A stretch of DNA of 64,000 nt, taken from contig OZ365112.1 in the NCBI GenBank assembly GCA_977030845.1, forward strand, positions 6,758,001-6,822,000. The letters run 5' to 3'. Positions within the stretch are counted from its first letter, which is position 1; each line of letters opens with the position of its first letter. A program made the translations under genes and the position numbers. The notes below the pieces were generated by a model that saw only the letters and a program-made list of their open reading frames with translations, made no database searches and had not been told where the DNA came from. This DNA is from Fimbriosthenelais zetlandica. Lineage: Eukaryota. Shown here one piece after another: positions 51,501 to 64,000 of this stretch.

Positions 51501-54500
51501 CCAGTGCCAGTATCAGGGCCTTCAGAGCCTATTTTCTGCCACATTCCTCAGGCGTCTTTCATGTTCACTCAGCAATGCGGCCTTTGGAGTCAACCATGTC
51601 TAATGACCACAGGCTTTTTCGGTGTCACAATGAGCAAGAATTTCCATTCAATTATCTCTTGTAGATAAGAGTACATTTGATCCCAAGTGACTGTGTCCCC
51701 GATATGGAAGCACCAAGAAAATGACAGACTGAGGAAGTGAATAAAATTGTGGTTGTACATGTATTCTGAATTGTTGTTGTACAATCTTTGCATCTGTACT
51801 GAAGACGCTTGTCAACACGACCCTGTGTGGCCGTATTTTCAGGAATGGCAAAACATAAATATTGACAAGATTTTACAAAACAATAGGAAAATTTAAAGTT
51901 CCAGGACCTCACATCTTCATTTCACTATAGCCTAACCACCTGTCTTTCCTGCCAAAGCAAAGGCTCGTATATATGGCAAACTTGCAGGCGGTGTTCGCTT
52001 CAATTGTTTTTTTTATTTCAACCATCTTTTTTGTAGGGACTGCGCAGAATTCCTGAAATGAAATGAGTTGGAGAATCATGCTTGATGTATGGGTGTCTGC
52101 TTTGGTCTCACACATATTGATCGTGGTGTTATGGTCTCACAGTCACAGCTTGTAGGCTATGACAGAACAACATGTAACAGATAAGACTATAAACAGGCCA
52201 TAAAAACAAGCCAGCTATCCATAACAATACTAGGGTACGGCTACAGGATATAGAAACATAGGCTACAGCCACTCCTCGTCATGAGGCCGCTCATCTCAGA
52301 CAAACGAATTGATAATAATTCTACTTCCCTAATACCAACACACATTGGAATTTGATACTAATCAACAACCAAATATAGGTTGGTGAGTGCATCATCAAAG
52401 ACAATTTTAATCAATAGATTCAACTTAATGGAATGAAAGTCCATTTAGATGCAATGTGTGGGTTTGGTGGAGTTAGTAAATTATCGAGGGGGCTGTATGC
52501 TTCTGGGAGTGTCTAGCATTAGATGTTCTCACATATATCATATACAGAGTAGAGGCGTTCCTCCAGGGCAATAGAGGGGGTCCACTCATCTAGACATCCC
52601 ACCTCCTCCTCCAGGGCTATCCGATCACCGTGGGCATGTGGCCATCTAAGATGCGAGGGAATGGTATAGCCAAAACATGGAGACTTGGTGTGAGGGCCCC
52701 CGGTCTATAAATCTCCAGGGCAGACCAAATGTGTGAGGTACATGGGATGGGACAAATCATGCCACAACGACGATACACTCAATATGGTACTCAGTGACAA
52801 TGAAACAGACCATCTGACACAGCAGAATTTTCGTCCATCCCAACCCAAAAAATGTTCATATCGCCCCTAAATGTCATCAGCTTTAATAGAATTTGATGTG
52901 TTCAGTTACAAAAAAATGAGATAGAAATGATATATTCGGGCAAAAGATCTTCAACTTTCTATTTTGTGAAGTGAAAAGATGAGCAGGAAACAGTGAAATC
53001 GGTTTCCTGGTGCCTGGGAGGAGAAGCCGCTAACACATGGGGTAGTAGCGCCATTATACTAAATGCCAGCGATGCGAGGGTTGGAGGCTGGATATGTGTA
53101 TTGTTGGTCCGACATATTGGATGCACATGGAGAAAGCCCAGCAGGTAGTCTAGGCAGCATACCAAAGGCTAAGCATGGGCCATGACTGACAGCTCAGATT
53201 GCATTAGAATCGAGTCGTGTCATTGCTCAGCACAAGGCAATCATGAAGTACCATAAATGTACCATACTGCTATGAAAGAATAACTTTAGCAAGAGAATCT
53301 GATTTGCAGTCGAAAATATCCTAACTTTTCTTGGCCACTTAGACACCTTTGGACTATTGATAGAGATGCTACGAGCACCGCAACGACCAAGCGGAAGTGG
53401 TGTGGGAGTAGCTCTCACAGAGCGCCTCACTTTCATCTCAGTAGCTCAGGCAGGAACATGTGTGGTGCATTATCCGGATGTTCAGGTACAAATTGCCGAG
53501 CAGAGCTTTGCTTAATCTGACTCGTTCTACCAACGTTTATCTTGTCAAACCAGCTTCTACTCGTTCAGTTAAGGTGACCACCCATGGGTGTATTACTCAC
53601 TCGCCCATTTTCCTTTCGCCCTTGGAATTGTCAACAATGCAAGGATGGTATGGCTCAGACCAAGCTAGAATCTCCCCCAGTGATCAAACTGTTCATAAAG
53701 TTGATATGAATCTCATGTATTGGTAGACTAAAGTAACTTGATCTTTAAACTTGTTTCGGAGCCATAACATCACACCTGGTTCCACCTTAGAATACAGAGA
53801 ACCACAGAAAATCCCACAGAGAAATTTGATGGCTCCAAAGACGGCAGGGACAATTTGAGGTGACATGGGGCTATGTTGCTGGGTCAAAATGTCAAACGAT
53901 TCGAATTAAGATCTGCAGCAGCAAACCTGAAAATGTCATGTTTCAAGCGGGAAAGCCATTGTAGCAATGTTGGCAGGTGATGTCCAAACACAATCCCTGT
54001 TCCCGTGAAATCGAAATAGATAATCGGGCGATGTGGTGCAGATAATGTTAACAAAAGAATTTTGCTTCAATATGTCAGAAGTGGTATAAATGTACCACAG
54101 GGAAATTGGGGATTAAATGGCTTGGGGGAATGATGTCATTTTTCGTGCGAACCTACAAACCTTTTTATCCCATTTCTTCACTGGAAACACCAGATAGCAA
54201 ATGGAAATAGTATCAAGACAAGAGTTGAGGTTGAAAAAGAAATCATTCCTGAGGAAGAGAACCGGAAAATAGGCTCAGATGTTGAAATAAAAACATTCCT
54301 TGGGAAAGGAGCAGGAATATGTCAAATATAGCACATATTCAATCATGCAATGACATATAAACGAACTCAAGAATCCAATACCGACGATGCGAGTAATGAT
54401 GCAATATAACATTCTCATAAATGGAATCGTATCAGTGAAGGATGAAATTTTATATTTCCGTTCGGGGTCTTCTTTATCTTGAATAGAAGAGCATCAAGGC

Positions 54501-57500
54501 TATCTTACACCCCATTTTCAATCTATTTAGCCCAGTTAACAATCTAAGCCAAAGCACCAGCAATCCAAACAGTAAATGGCGGAGACTTTGATGAAGCAGG
54601 GGAATGTTTCTCCATGTCGATTCAGGAGCACTTAGACTGGCGAGCCGGCTCCGCGAGCATTAGCGAGCTGCTCTCTGCCGGTTATCACAGCCGTCATCAC
54701 CACATACTAAACACTATGCCACATGTCCCATAAACACTCATGCCCACCGCTTCAGGCCTTTTTGAACCCTTCAGATATTCAAGCAACTGGCTACAGTTCA
54801 CAATATGAGACCTAACCAATGGCTGGTCGCTTTTAATTCATTAGAGTAAATTATCAATGGATATGAAAAAATATTAACTTCTTGGAATATCAATGAAAAC
54901 AATTGTAATGCATTTCAGTGTCTGAGATGCATTCTCAGCCAAGAGTAGTATATATCTGTCCATTGCTATGATAGCCCACCACAAAGCCCCGAAGCCCTTT
55001 GAGAGTAGAGGCGGGCATTTGCTTTGGATACCCCTACAAATAAATAGATCACGGGGAGATATTTGGAAGTGTCGCGAGAGCGGGGTGGAAGGCGTCGGGT
55101 GGACATTACCTCGGGATGTTTTGACCACAGTTGAGCCACGCTTATATATCCACACTCAAAGCCTATATCCTATCATCCAAACTCTGAGTCCTTTCTAAAC
55201 AAATACCTATCAATCTGGGTGTGACGCACGTTCACAGGGTATAGCAACATGCAGAATGTCAGAAGATATCTTCTAGCAAAGCGGGACAAGTTTACAGATA
55301 TATTATACGAGATTTTGCATCTTTTCCTCCAAGCTTTCTTGCCTACAAAACTTGCTTTCCGAAAATCATTAATCAGGACATGATCGTAGGCGTTTCTGAT
55401 GAAGGAAATAATGCCTGTCCTGGTTAAGTACATGTTACCATGAATGTTGCATGTTTCGGGGCAGGAACAAACACCATATTCTAACAATTAGTGCAGCATG
55501 GCACTTGCCACATCCTCCTAGTGTGCATGTAGCATGGTATAACTACCCCCTGCTAGCTCTCCTTTAGTGGGCACACGTGTGGACATAGAACCCCCTCCCT
55601 ATTACCCACCTTCACATAGACTTGCCCAAGACTTTCATACCTGGGGAGTTGACGCTTAAAAGTGTCACTAGTCCAGCATATGAGGGACAAATACTGTCCT
55701 AAGTACAAGAGCTTGTCTATATTGACCCCTACTCCCTATTTTTTCCTCGACGTGTCTTAAGAAATCCACATGCAATACCTGTCACACCTCCTAAATATAA
55801 TTCAAGTAGATTAATTTTCAACTCTCCTTATTTTCACAAATTAAAGAGAATATGTGAGGAATATAAACGAATAAGAATGTTCCTCTAACCCAGAAATTAA
55901 CTAAAGTCTTAATGAATATATTAGATCTTATAAGCACGGGGGAAAAGTTTAATACACGTGTATTAATGCAAGCAGTGCATCGTGATAGGCGTCATGGTGA
56001 CAGTATTTATGAAACACCACCCCCGCCCCCACCCCCCATCCATAGATAATAATCCATCGTAATACATCGACCTTCTCACCCCAACATGACAAAAAGACCA
56101 AGCTTCAAAGGCCTCCCTCTCCTCTCACTTGTATTACATATATGACCCTTGGAAATAATTTTCCTGAGATTAGCAAGGCTTCATTTTATAAGCTGTGGGT
56201 GACCAATGTGTGTTTCTTTTTCTTATAAAAGGTGAATAAAACAAAAATAAATCCAAGAAAAGTAATTGATTAGGTAATTAATAGCAAAAACCACAACTAT
56301 TTCCAGGCTTGGCCTAATAATGTAGATTGGGGCGATGGCCGCCCGATTAGCATGTGTTACGATTCACGAGTCATAAAAGTCAGATGCGGCTCAAATTAAG
56401 CCGGACTTGAAAGACATGCAGGACGCCGACAAAAGGTAGAAAGGGAAATAAAGAGAGAGAAAGATGGATGAGGGTGGGCAGGGGAAGACGGCGCGGGCAA
56501 CATGGCAACAAGTAAACATTGCATGTGACACGCCAGGCGGGAAGGTATGGGGGAGGGAGGGGTAAGGCGGAGAAAGGTAAGGCTCACCTAAGTGGGTGTC
56601 CACGGCGGGACCTTCAAAGGCCTTCACTATATGACCTTAATGAGAGGGATCATCAGACAGGCGTGATCTTAGCCTGGAATGATAATTTAGGACAGGAAGG
56701 AATTTTGACAGGCAGGGCAATGGTTAGCTGCGCAGCCCTGGCATGACGCTAACTCCAAGAAATCTAAGAAAAAAATATAGTGAAGTGAATGCGTCTTGGG
56801 GTCAAAAATAATTTCCCTTGATTATATCATGTCAAACATGGCACCAACTTACAGGTATTATTGATGCATTTTCTGACATCAAAACAAAAAATATATATAG
56901 ATTTTCCCCCAATTCCATATCAGCATTATGTGACCCAATCACGCTGAGTGTTATCCAATGGTATTAAGTAAGGAATTCCATATATATTATGGTGTTTAGA
57001 CATGTATTACGCTGGTAATCAGGGTCCAGGGAGTGGGGCATTACTCGGAACATGCCTTTGATCTCTCCCGCTCTTCTTAATCACTCTTACGCAAGAGTTT
57101 TAATGAGAGACGGAGGAGCAGAATAATATGGATAATTCAGGCCTGGGGATGAGCAACGCATTGTGATGCTGTCACGATATGTGTGTAGATGGGACGGGAA
57201 GAGTCATGACCGGGTCGCATGAGATGAACATTATCATGGCAAGCATGAGTATATTACATGATGCACGTGTAAGGCGAGTCACAAAAACTAATCCTGCTCT
57301 GAGCTATGCACCTAGGATGATTCAGTCTATGAAAACTGAAGACAAATGAAATCTTTTTCATTGTATTCCCTCAAAGCAACTTATAAATGGAGTTTGATAT
57401 TGCCAATGTTTATGAATTCCTTATATAACCAAATCTAATTTAAAGGCAATGCTAAACATTAGGGTTTCTTGATTAAGTTTTCAAGTGATAATAAGATTAA

Positions 57501-58394
57501 AGATTATCCTCCTCGGGACTTCCCCCGGACGCCTGCCTCTGAAGGAGCAGATTAGGTGAGAATCGTCAAGTATAGACTTGGTTGTGGTTCTCTGATAAAA
57601 GACAATAGCTAGGAATGTCAGGTCAATCTGAGCAGTCAAAAGCAAGCAATGTTTTCTTCTTCTTGACTTCATTCCTGACAGTGTGAGGATGATCTGGCGG
57701 GGCTGCCTATCCAGCACGGCCCGGCAGCAGACAGGAGGAGAGACAGGGCACGGATTAACACCACCCCGCCTCTCCAGTGTCACTCTCAAGCACATCATAG
57801 GGACTTAGTAAGTTGATCTCCAACACCCCTGAGGCCAGCTCCCAATTCCCTCTCTCCCATCCACGGTATATACATAAATACATTAAACCTTTCCTCCCCA
57901 AAGGCAAGAAGGGTACTTGATAGAAGTAGCCGGAGGTGAAAGTAAAAGGAGGGGGAGATCCAGACCCCAAAACAAACACCATCCAACACCCATGTAGAAA
58001 GCCTAACGACTTGCATATTTGGGTCCGGTGAAGTTGAAGTGTATATTTTCACAGCTAGGCCGAGTTGGTAAATATGCTGGAATATTATCTTCCCCCGATG
58101 GAGGTGTCTTAAAATTGATCAGAAGGGTGCTTATCAAGTACAGGAGAAGCTCCCTCAATGGGCCGCTACTTCAGAAATCGCCGACAATTTTATATGAGTT
58201 GGTTATCTCGCGCGACACTATAAATGGGCGCCATGGCATGACGTCTATAGAAACCCGAACCTGAGATAAGATTCAAAGACGCCCGGGTGTTTGAAGACGC
58301 AGGTGTCTTTGTCTTAGATAACCACCTGGTCGAGGTCTGATAAAAAGTGCCATGGATGACAACTGCCCCTGCCAATATACTTAACATATATGTA

Positions 58395-58643
58395 CAGTTG
58401 TGCCCTATATTATTCATACCCTTCTCATTTTGTGAGACAATTGTATCTTGCTTTTGAAGGAATCAATATTTGTTTATAGAAGTCATATAAAAAGGTGATG
58501 GGGGACTTAAAGAATGTACACCAGAAGATTCTTTAGGATCACAATAGTTTTAGGTACTTTACTTGGCACATTTATAAAAATTGTCATGTTCAAAATTATT
58601 CATACCCTCGGTCCACAATTATTCATACCCTGGTTAAAAGTCA
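58395..58643 (+). repeat. Left terminal inverted repeat of the Tc1 element
   Basis: Reverse complement of 59864-60113. The first 43 bp are identical and the pair is roughly 90% identical overall by eye. It carries three ATTATTCATACCC direct repeats (58409, 58595, 58618). Confidence 0.93.
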
Positions 58644-59715
58644 ATTGCAAACTTTATTTAAAAATTACAACCTATAGACGGTTCCTTTACATGCTCACAA
58701 GGTTTTTTCATGTCACTAGAAGGATTGTCGCCCACTCCTGTTTGGCGACGGTCGCCAAATCCTGGAAATCAGATGGCCCCCTCGGTATCACTCGGATTTT
58801 GAGCTTCAATCACCGATTTTCGTTATGGTTCAAGTGAGGAAATTTATTTGGCCACTCCAAAACTATTATACCATTAATCTGCAACCACTTTTGGCAACCT
58901 TGGCCACGTGTTTTGGACCACATGTCCTACTGGTCAATCAAATTTTGCTAAAGACCAGGTTTTTCAGCTGATTGCCTGATCGCTTCCTCCAAGATAGTGA
59001 GGTACTGCTCGTTTTTCAGGATATTATTGACTTTGATAAGATGGACAGGGTCACTGGATGAGAAAACATCCCAAAATATGAAGTTCCCACCAACATGATT
59101 ACTTTTAGGGACTGTGTTCCTTGGTTTGATGTTTCAGCTTTCTTATGCCAAGGGCATGTCACATCAATACAATGCCAAAAAAGGTCCCTTTTCTCACCAG
59201 ACCACAATACTGATGACTAAAATCCTTTTGGTCCTTGTCGAGGGGTCATTGCACAACAAAATTATGACCTGTGATTGTACATCATACCCCAAGGCAAGCC
59301 TTAGCACAGCCTAGACGAGACTGGGCTGGCGAATAGTGAAGTCTTCCTTGGTTGGCATCCATAAAGTTATGTGTGCAGTGTCTTCTGTAATGTCTACATC
59401 ATCATAATCTTGTACCCGATTCCCTGAGATTTGTCAAGATAGCATATGTAGTTAGCATATGATAGCATAGGTAGTTATCAAAGGATTATTTTTGGCCTCT
59501 CAAAATGACTTTTCTGGCCAGTCTGGTCGTAAACATTGTCTTCCGACCTCATCCTTGAAGCATTTTAACAGTTACAACCTGCTTATATGATCTGTACTTA
59601 GGCCAGTGGTTCTTTAAATTGTTTGAAAATTGCTTTTTAGCCTTCCCCTTGATCGTTTTGAGCTGTGACAATGTACAACAGAAGGTTTTCATTGCGTTTT
59701 TCCTTCTTTGATATG
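58636..59715 (-). pseudogene. Degenerate Tc1 transposase (many stops and frameshifts)
   Basis: The - strand fragments match Tc1 transposase blocks: ENLLLYIVTAQ..GEG*KAIFKQF (HTH), QG*GRK (GRPRK-like), VLWSGE (first catalytic D changed to G), HVGGNFIFW, EQYLTILEEAIRQSA, KWLQINGIIVLEWPNKFPHLNHNEN (WPSQSPDLNPIEN-like), RL*VVI. Boundaries are approximate. Confidence 0.9.
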
Positions 59716-59863
59716 ATGAACGTGCCTCCACAGCTCATGAACTGAGAATGATTTAATTAAACCCAGTAAAACCCACCAAATTTAAAATCATTAGCTATTG
59801 CTCAGCATTCACATGTAGTACAAAGTTATTGGGACTATAATGTAGGGTGTAAATTCAAAAAAA

Positions 59864-60113
59864 TGACATTTAACCAGGGTACGAATAATTGTGGACCGGG
59901 GGTATGAATAATTTTGAACATGGCAATTTTTATAAATGTGTCAAGTAAAGTATCTAAAACCATTTTGATCCTGAAAATATCTTTTGGTGTGCATTCTTTA
60001 AGTCTCCCATCACCTTTTTATATGACTTTCATAAACAAAAATTGATTCCTACAGTAGCAAGATAGAATTTTCTCACAAAATGAGAAGGGTATGAATAATA
60101 TAGGGCACAACTG
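59864..60113 (-). repeat. Right terminal inverted repeat of the Tc1 element
   Basis: Mirror of 58395-58643 with three GGGTA(T/C)GAATAAT copies. Confidence 0.93.
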
Positions 60114-63100
60114 TATATATGGTACATGCATTAAGTGGTGGGCTCGGGTCTGTGTAGAAAGCACCGACTCCCATGTTGGTACTCGACATCAAAAGGAAGA
60201 TCAAAGGGCCCTCTTTACTCGGCGACACGTCTTGACACAGAACTCTGAGACGAGGAGCAAATGATCAAAGTTCACTCAATGACACGGTATCACATTAATG
60301 TGTGTGATTAGCAGGCAGGAGGGCCCATTGCGTGATTTAATTCACAACATATCCCTTTCCTGGCCGCGATGCATGCACGCCAGCTGAATTGCCCTTCTAC
60401 CTTGCTTTAATACAGGGTAAGGGGCTTTGATGTTGTGTAGGGGCAATCAGACTCAATCTGTGACCAAGCTCTCTTGATTAGAATTGTCATTCCAAAGATA
60501 ACTTTTAGGGTCTTGTCAGATTAGGAGGACACATCTTTTATGTATTGAGGTAAATCATAGGGTTACTGATTGAGACGTAATGTAGAGTTAATTACCGTGA
60601 TTTAATTACTCATGTCATTCCATCATGATCTGAGATAGGGAATTAAAGGCAAAGTTTTCCAATGATTGGTGTAGCGCAGGTATATGACTCTCTCTAAATG
60701 TATAGAAAATATTTTCATACAAAGGAGGGCAATAGAAGGTTGGATGTCATAGAACCATTTATATTCAACATCCAAATTCATATTGAACTATTTTACACAT
60801 GACATAAGATTGAAGTCCGCGAGGGCCCTGGGGGTTTTCACAAATACAATGACCTTTCAAAAGGTGTGAGAATCATGTGAATATTGTCAAATGCACAAAT
60901 AAGAGCTGTCAAGCTGTCACCCCAGTCTTGACATACCTGATTGGGGGAGTGTCACACCCCGGCTGTCACACAAGCCCAGTGGCAATATAGCCATCTCGTG
61001 CAAGCCTCTACATTCTTACTGTCACATGTTTGAGTTAATTCAAGGTGATGCCTTTCTCAGAATTAAAACCAATGCTCTTGATATAATGAAGAATTCGGGA
61101 GTAAGTATAAAATTGCACATCTATACAATAGGATACATCCCATCCATCCATCTCACCTCCTACCCGGGGTTAACCTGGAAGGCCAAGGCCCTTTGCCCTT
61201 TTCAGGTGACTGGCAAACAAACAGAGTGGGGCCAAGGTGACAATTGGAGAGGGGACAGAAATCTGAGATAGTGGAAATTGGAAAGTCAACAGCGAACGAA
61301 AAGCCTAAGAAAGTGGGTCTATATGAGAGGGTGATCTGAAGGTTAGGCCTGGTCAATGAAGCATCACAATGGATGCAGGAGAGCATGAAGAAGATAACGG
61401 TCACTGACAGATCAGAATTCCTGCCTCCTTATGTCCATAGACGGGTAAAAGGGAGAAGTCCAATAATCCCTCCTCCCCCTTCAGCAACCCTACCCTCCTC
61501 ACTCTTATTTTCTCCTATCCAGAATGTCAATACCAGAAGGCAAAACACAACCTGGCAAATCGCCATTGTAAATGGTCGCAAGAGCAAACCTTATTTCACA
61601 TTCATGTATGCTAACGAGGTACATATAAATGCATTGGTTGCTAACAAGTGTCGAATATCAAAAGATATGATGTATGGGGTGGCAAGTGTAGGGTGTCAAG
61701 CTCCCAGCATGACAAGTTCCACTTTTTCAAGCTTAGTTTCCACTTTTTCGGACTGGCACCCTCTGATGTTCCTCCACTCACTGGTCAATGACTTGGTCGC
61801 TGCGGGGACCAACGCCCACCAACCTCAAAACTCATAGCGGGATATATTTGAGCTACACCAATGATATAAATTGCTGCACAAGAGCCGGGAGTGACTGGTC
61901 CGGTGCAGTGGGACGAATACAAACTTCCTTAGCCAGGGGGATAATATTTTTCCACCCTCACGCCCCCGGTTCTTTTAGGGGGAACTTTTGGCACCCATTT
62001 TGGCAACTGCTGGGGTAAAATCAGCAGTAGTTATAGCAGCAGGAGCCGCCCCCACACCTAGAACATGGGAAAGTGTTTCTGAGGCAGAAAACTTAAAGCC
62101 ACTTCCTGCTCACAAATGCGGCAGGTCCTTCCTACTCTAACCAAGCGAAGCAATTAAATATGCTACAAACGTCCAGGTAAAAGCTACCATTAAATTTGTC
62201 TGCCTCACTTGACTGATTGTCAGGTTGTATACATATAGTCAGTATAACATTCCCCATGTCCAATTACTTTTCCAAATTATGACAATTGAGGTGACATGGA
62301 TCTTTGGCGCTTGTGTCAGGTCTGTTTGCAATATTTCATTTCCCTGATAAACTGTGCATAACAATTCAATTTGTGATAATGGCAGATGGGGTACTATTTC
62401 AGCTGAACATGGAGATAGGTTACAAGTTAGTGGTCGGACAAATTTCAATTTGTAAATGACAGGGCATAATTATAAGAATCGGGTCGGTACAAAAAAGGGG
62501 GAATCATTTGGCAATAAAGTTTATATTTCAGCCTATTATGAAGGCTAGAGGCTATGGGCATAAATCAGTCGTACTATAAAAGAGACAGACATTGCAAGTA
62601 ATAAATCCAGACACCTTAGCAATGCAGGAGCAGTTAAAAGCCCAACAGAGGTGCCAGACTGGCCTCCCTCTCAATTTCTTTTTTCATGTACCACTATCTT
62701 GTATCTCTGCAAGGATTGTTTGGAGGTATTCAGAATCGTTTCCAGATCAACAAACAAAACAACAATCAGACAAACATTGGGAGCTTTTCAGAGCAGCTTC
62801 TGTTTCTGGTTCTAGGAATGAGAGGGCTGACCTATTGCCAAAACTACAACCGGTGGAGCAGAACCCCTACCGCGACTCCCGACTGAGTGTAAACCCGGCC
62901 ATAAAAACAAAACAGGTACAAATCGACCATGTCGGGCCATATCATGTCTCTTCACACCCCTTTTTAGTGACTCAAAACAGGGGTTGATAGTCAAGAAAAC
63001 GGTTATGTGCATCAAGCCCAAATTCTCATATTTTGCTGCGTTTATTCATGAAAGTCCTGATATATATTTTGAGGAGGGGAGGGGGTATTAGTGCCTCTTA

Positions 63101-64000
63101 TAGCCCATCAACTTGCCCATATGTTGTCCTAGGAGGAAAAGAAGAAGGAGAAGGAGGAGCTCCCAGGATAGGAATTCACCTTTACAGAGTGGTAAACGTG
63201 GGCCCGTTTGTTGTCACCCCTTTTTACATGTCTACAGTGACCTCTGGGCGAGATTGAGGGCCACCACAAAACAGCCACCACATGGCTGTAGCCGCCAGCG
63301 TGAGAGGCTGCGGGGATCCAGCCCAACCCTCTTGTTTAGTCTGTGATTTGGGCGAGGGAGCATGTCCTCCTAGCCCCATCTTCTTTGTAATGAAAATCAA
63401 TCTGGGAACTGCTCCATAGCCAGGCGAGCAGTTCCTGAGTAAATGCTCAAAGTCATATGTTGTAGGTTTATATAATGTGACATCCATACAAACTAAGGGG
63501 ACAAGGGCCTCCTAGGGTCTCCCTGCAATTGTCTAAGATGGGACACACCCCTGGGTGTGCCACTTTGCATGGGAAATTCTTCACTCTTGATACCTGGTTA
63601 AACATAGGAGCTGCTGAGTTTAAAAATCAGTTCCATTCCACCATGATAAAGAGAGGTCTGAATTCCCAAATAATGTATTTAATGAAATAATGGGATTTGA
63701 ATCAATACATTTCTCAGATGTCACAATAGATACTTAGACATTCAGGTCGTTTTACAGCAGATTTCCTCAACTTACACGGTGGTCATGTGCCCTCGGAATT
63801 GCCAACAAATGCATTACACTTCAATGAGTATTTGGAAGTGACCAGCTTTGATTTTCCTATGATAATATTATTGTCAGTGTGTGTCATGGTCTTATGTGTA
63901 CTGACCAGAGAGCCAAGATAAACGGCCACGTGGGTGGTAATCAAACATCAAAGGCTAGCATCACACGGACCAACACAATCAACATAATGCGACATCATCA

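Larger units (their letters stand above)
58395..60113 (-). mobile_element. Tc1-family (Tc1/mariner) DNA transposon, 1719 bp, long inverted repeats with internal direct repeats, inactive
   Basis: Ends read TA|CAGTTGTGCCC...GGGCACAACTG|TA, with TA duplication at 58393-94 and 60114-15. Inverted repeats are ~250 bp. Tc1 transposase remnants lie on the - strand. Confidence 0.95.

Noticed and set aside
55949-55966. 18-bp perfect palindrome TTAATACACGTGTATTAA around an E-box
   Set aside because: Roughly 0.3 such palindromes are expected by chance in 64 kb, with no supporting context.

Overview
Eukaryotic, AT-rich and CpG-poor genomic DNA, most likely from an invertebrate deuterostome such as an echinoderm or hemichordate (inferred from the protein sequence, not provable here). 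One gene is well supported: a complete three-exon SoxE (Sox8/9/10-family) transcription factor on the + strand. Its CDS is 14918-15375 + 33947-34317 + 35203-36047, giving 557 aa, and intron 1 is 18.6 kb. The other clear element is a decayed Tc1-family DNA transposon (58395-60113) with TA target duplication, ~250-bp inverted repeats and a dead transposase. The rest looks like a regulatory desert. It holds a CCAAT/GC-box/octamer promoter, a paired-GATA palindrome, homotypic motif clusters (GATA, TCF, T-box+Runx, TALE, Sox, NR5A-type), a convergent pair of CTCF consensus sites bracketing the gene, and a GC-rich TATA-led island inside intron 1. There are also several simple or degenerate repeats and a few exon-like segments I cannot identify. 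I found no CRISPR array, rRNA, tRNA or other prokaryotic system. All motif calls were made by eye and are hypotheses.
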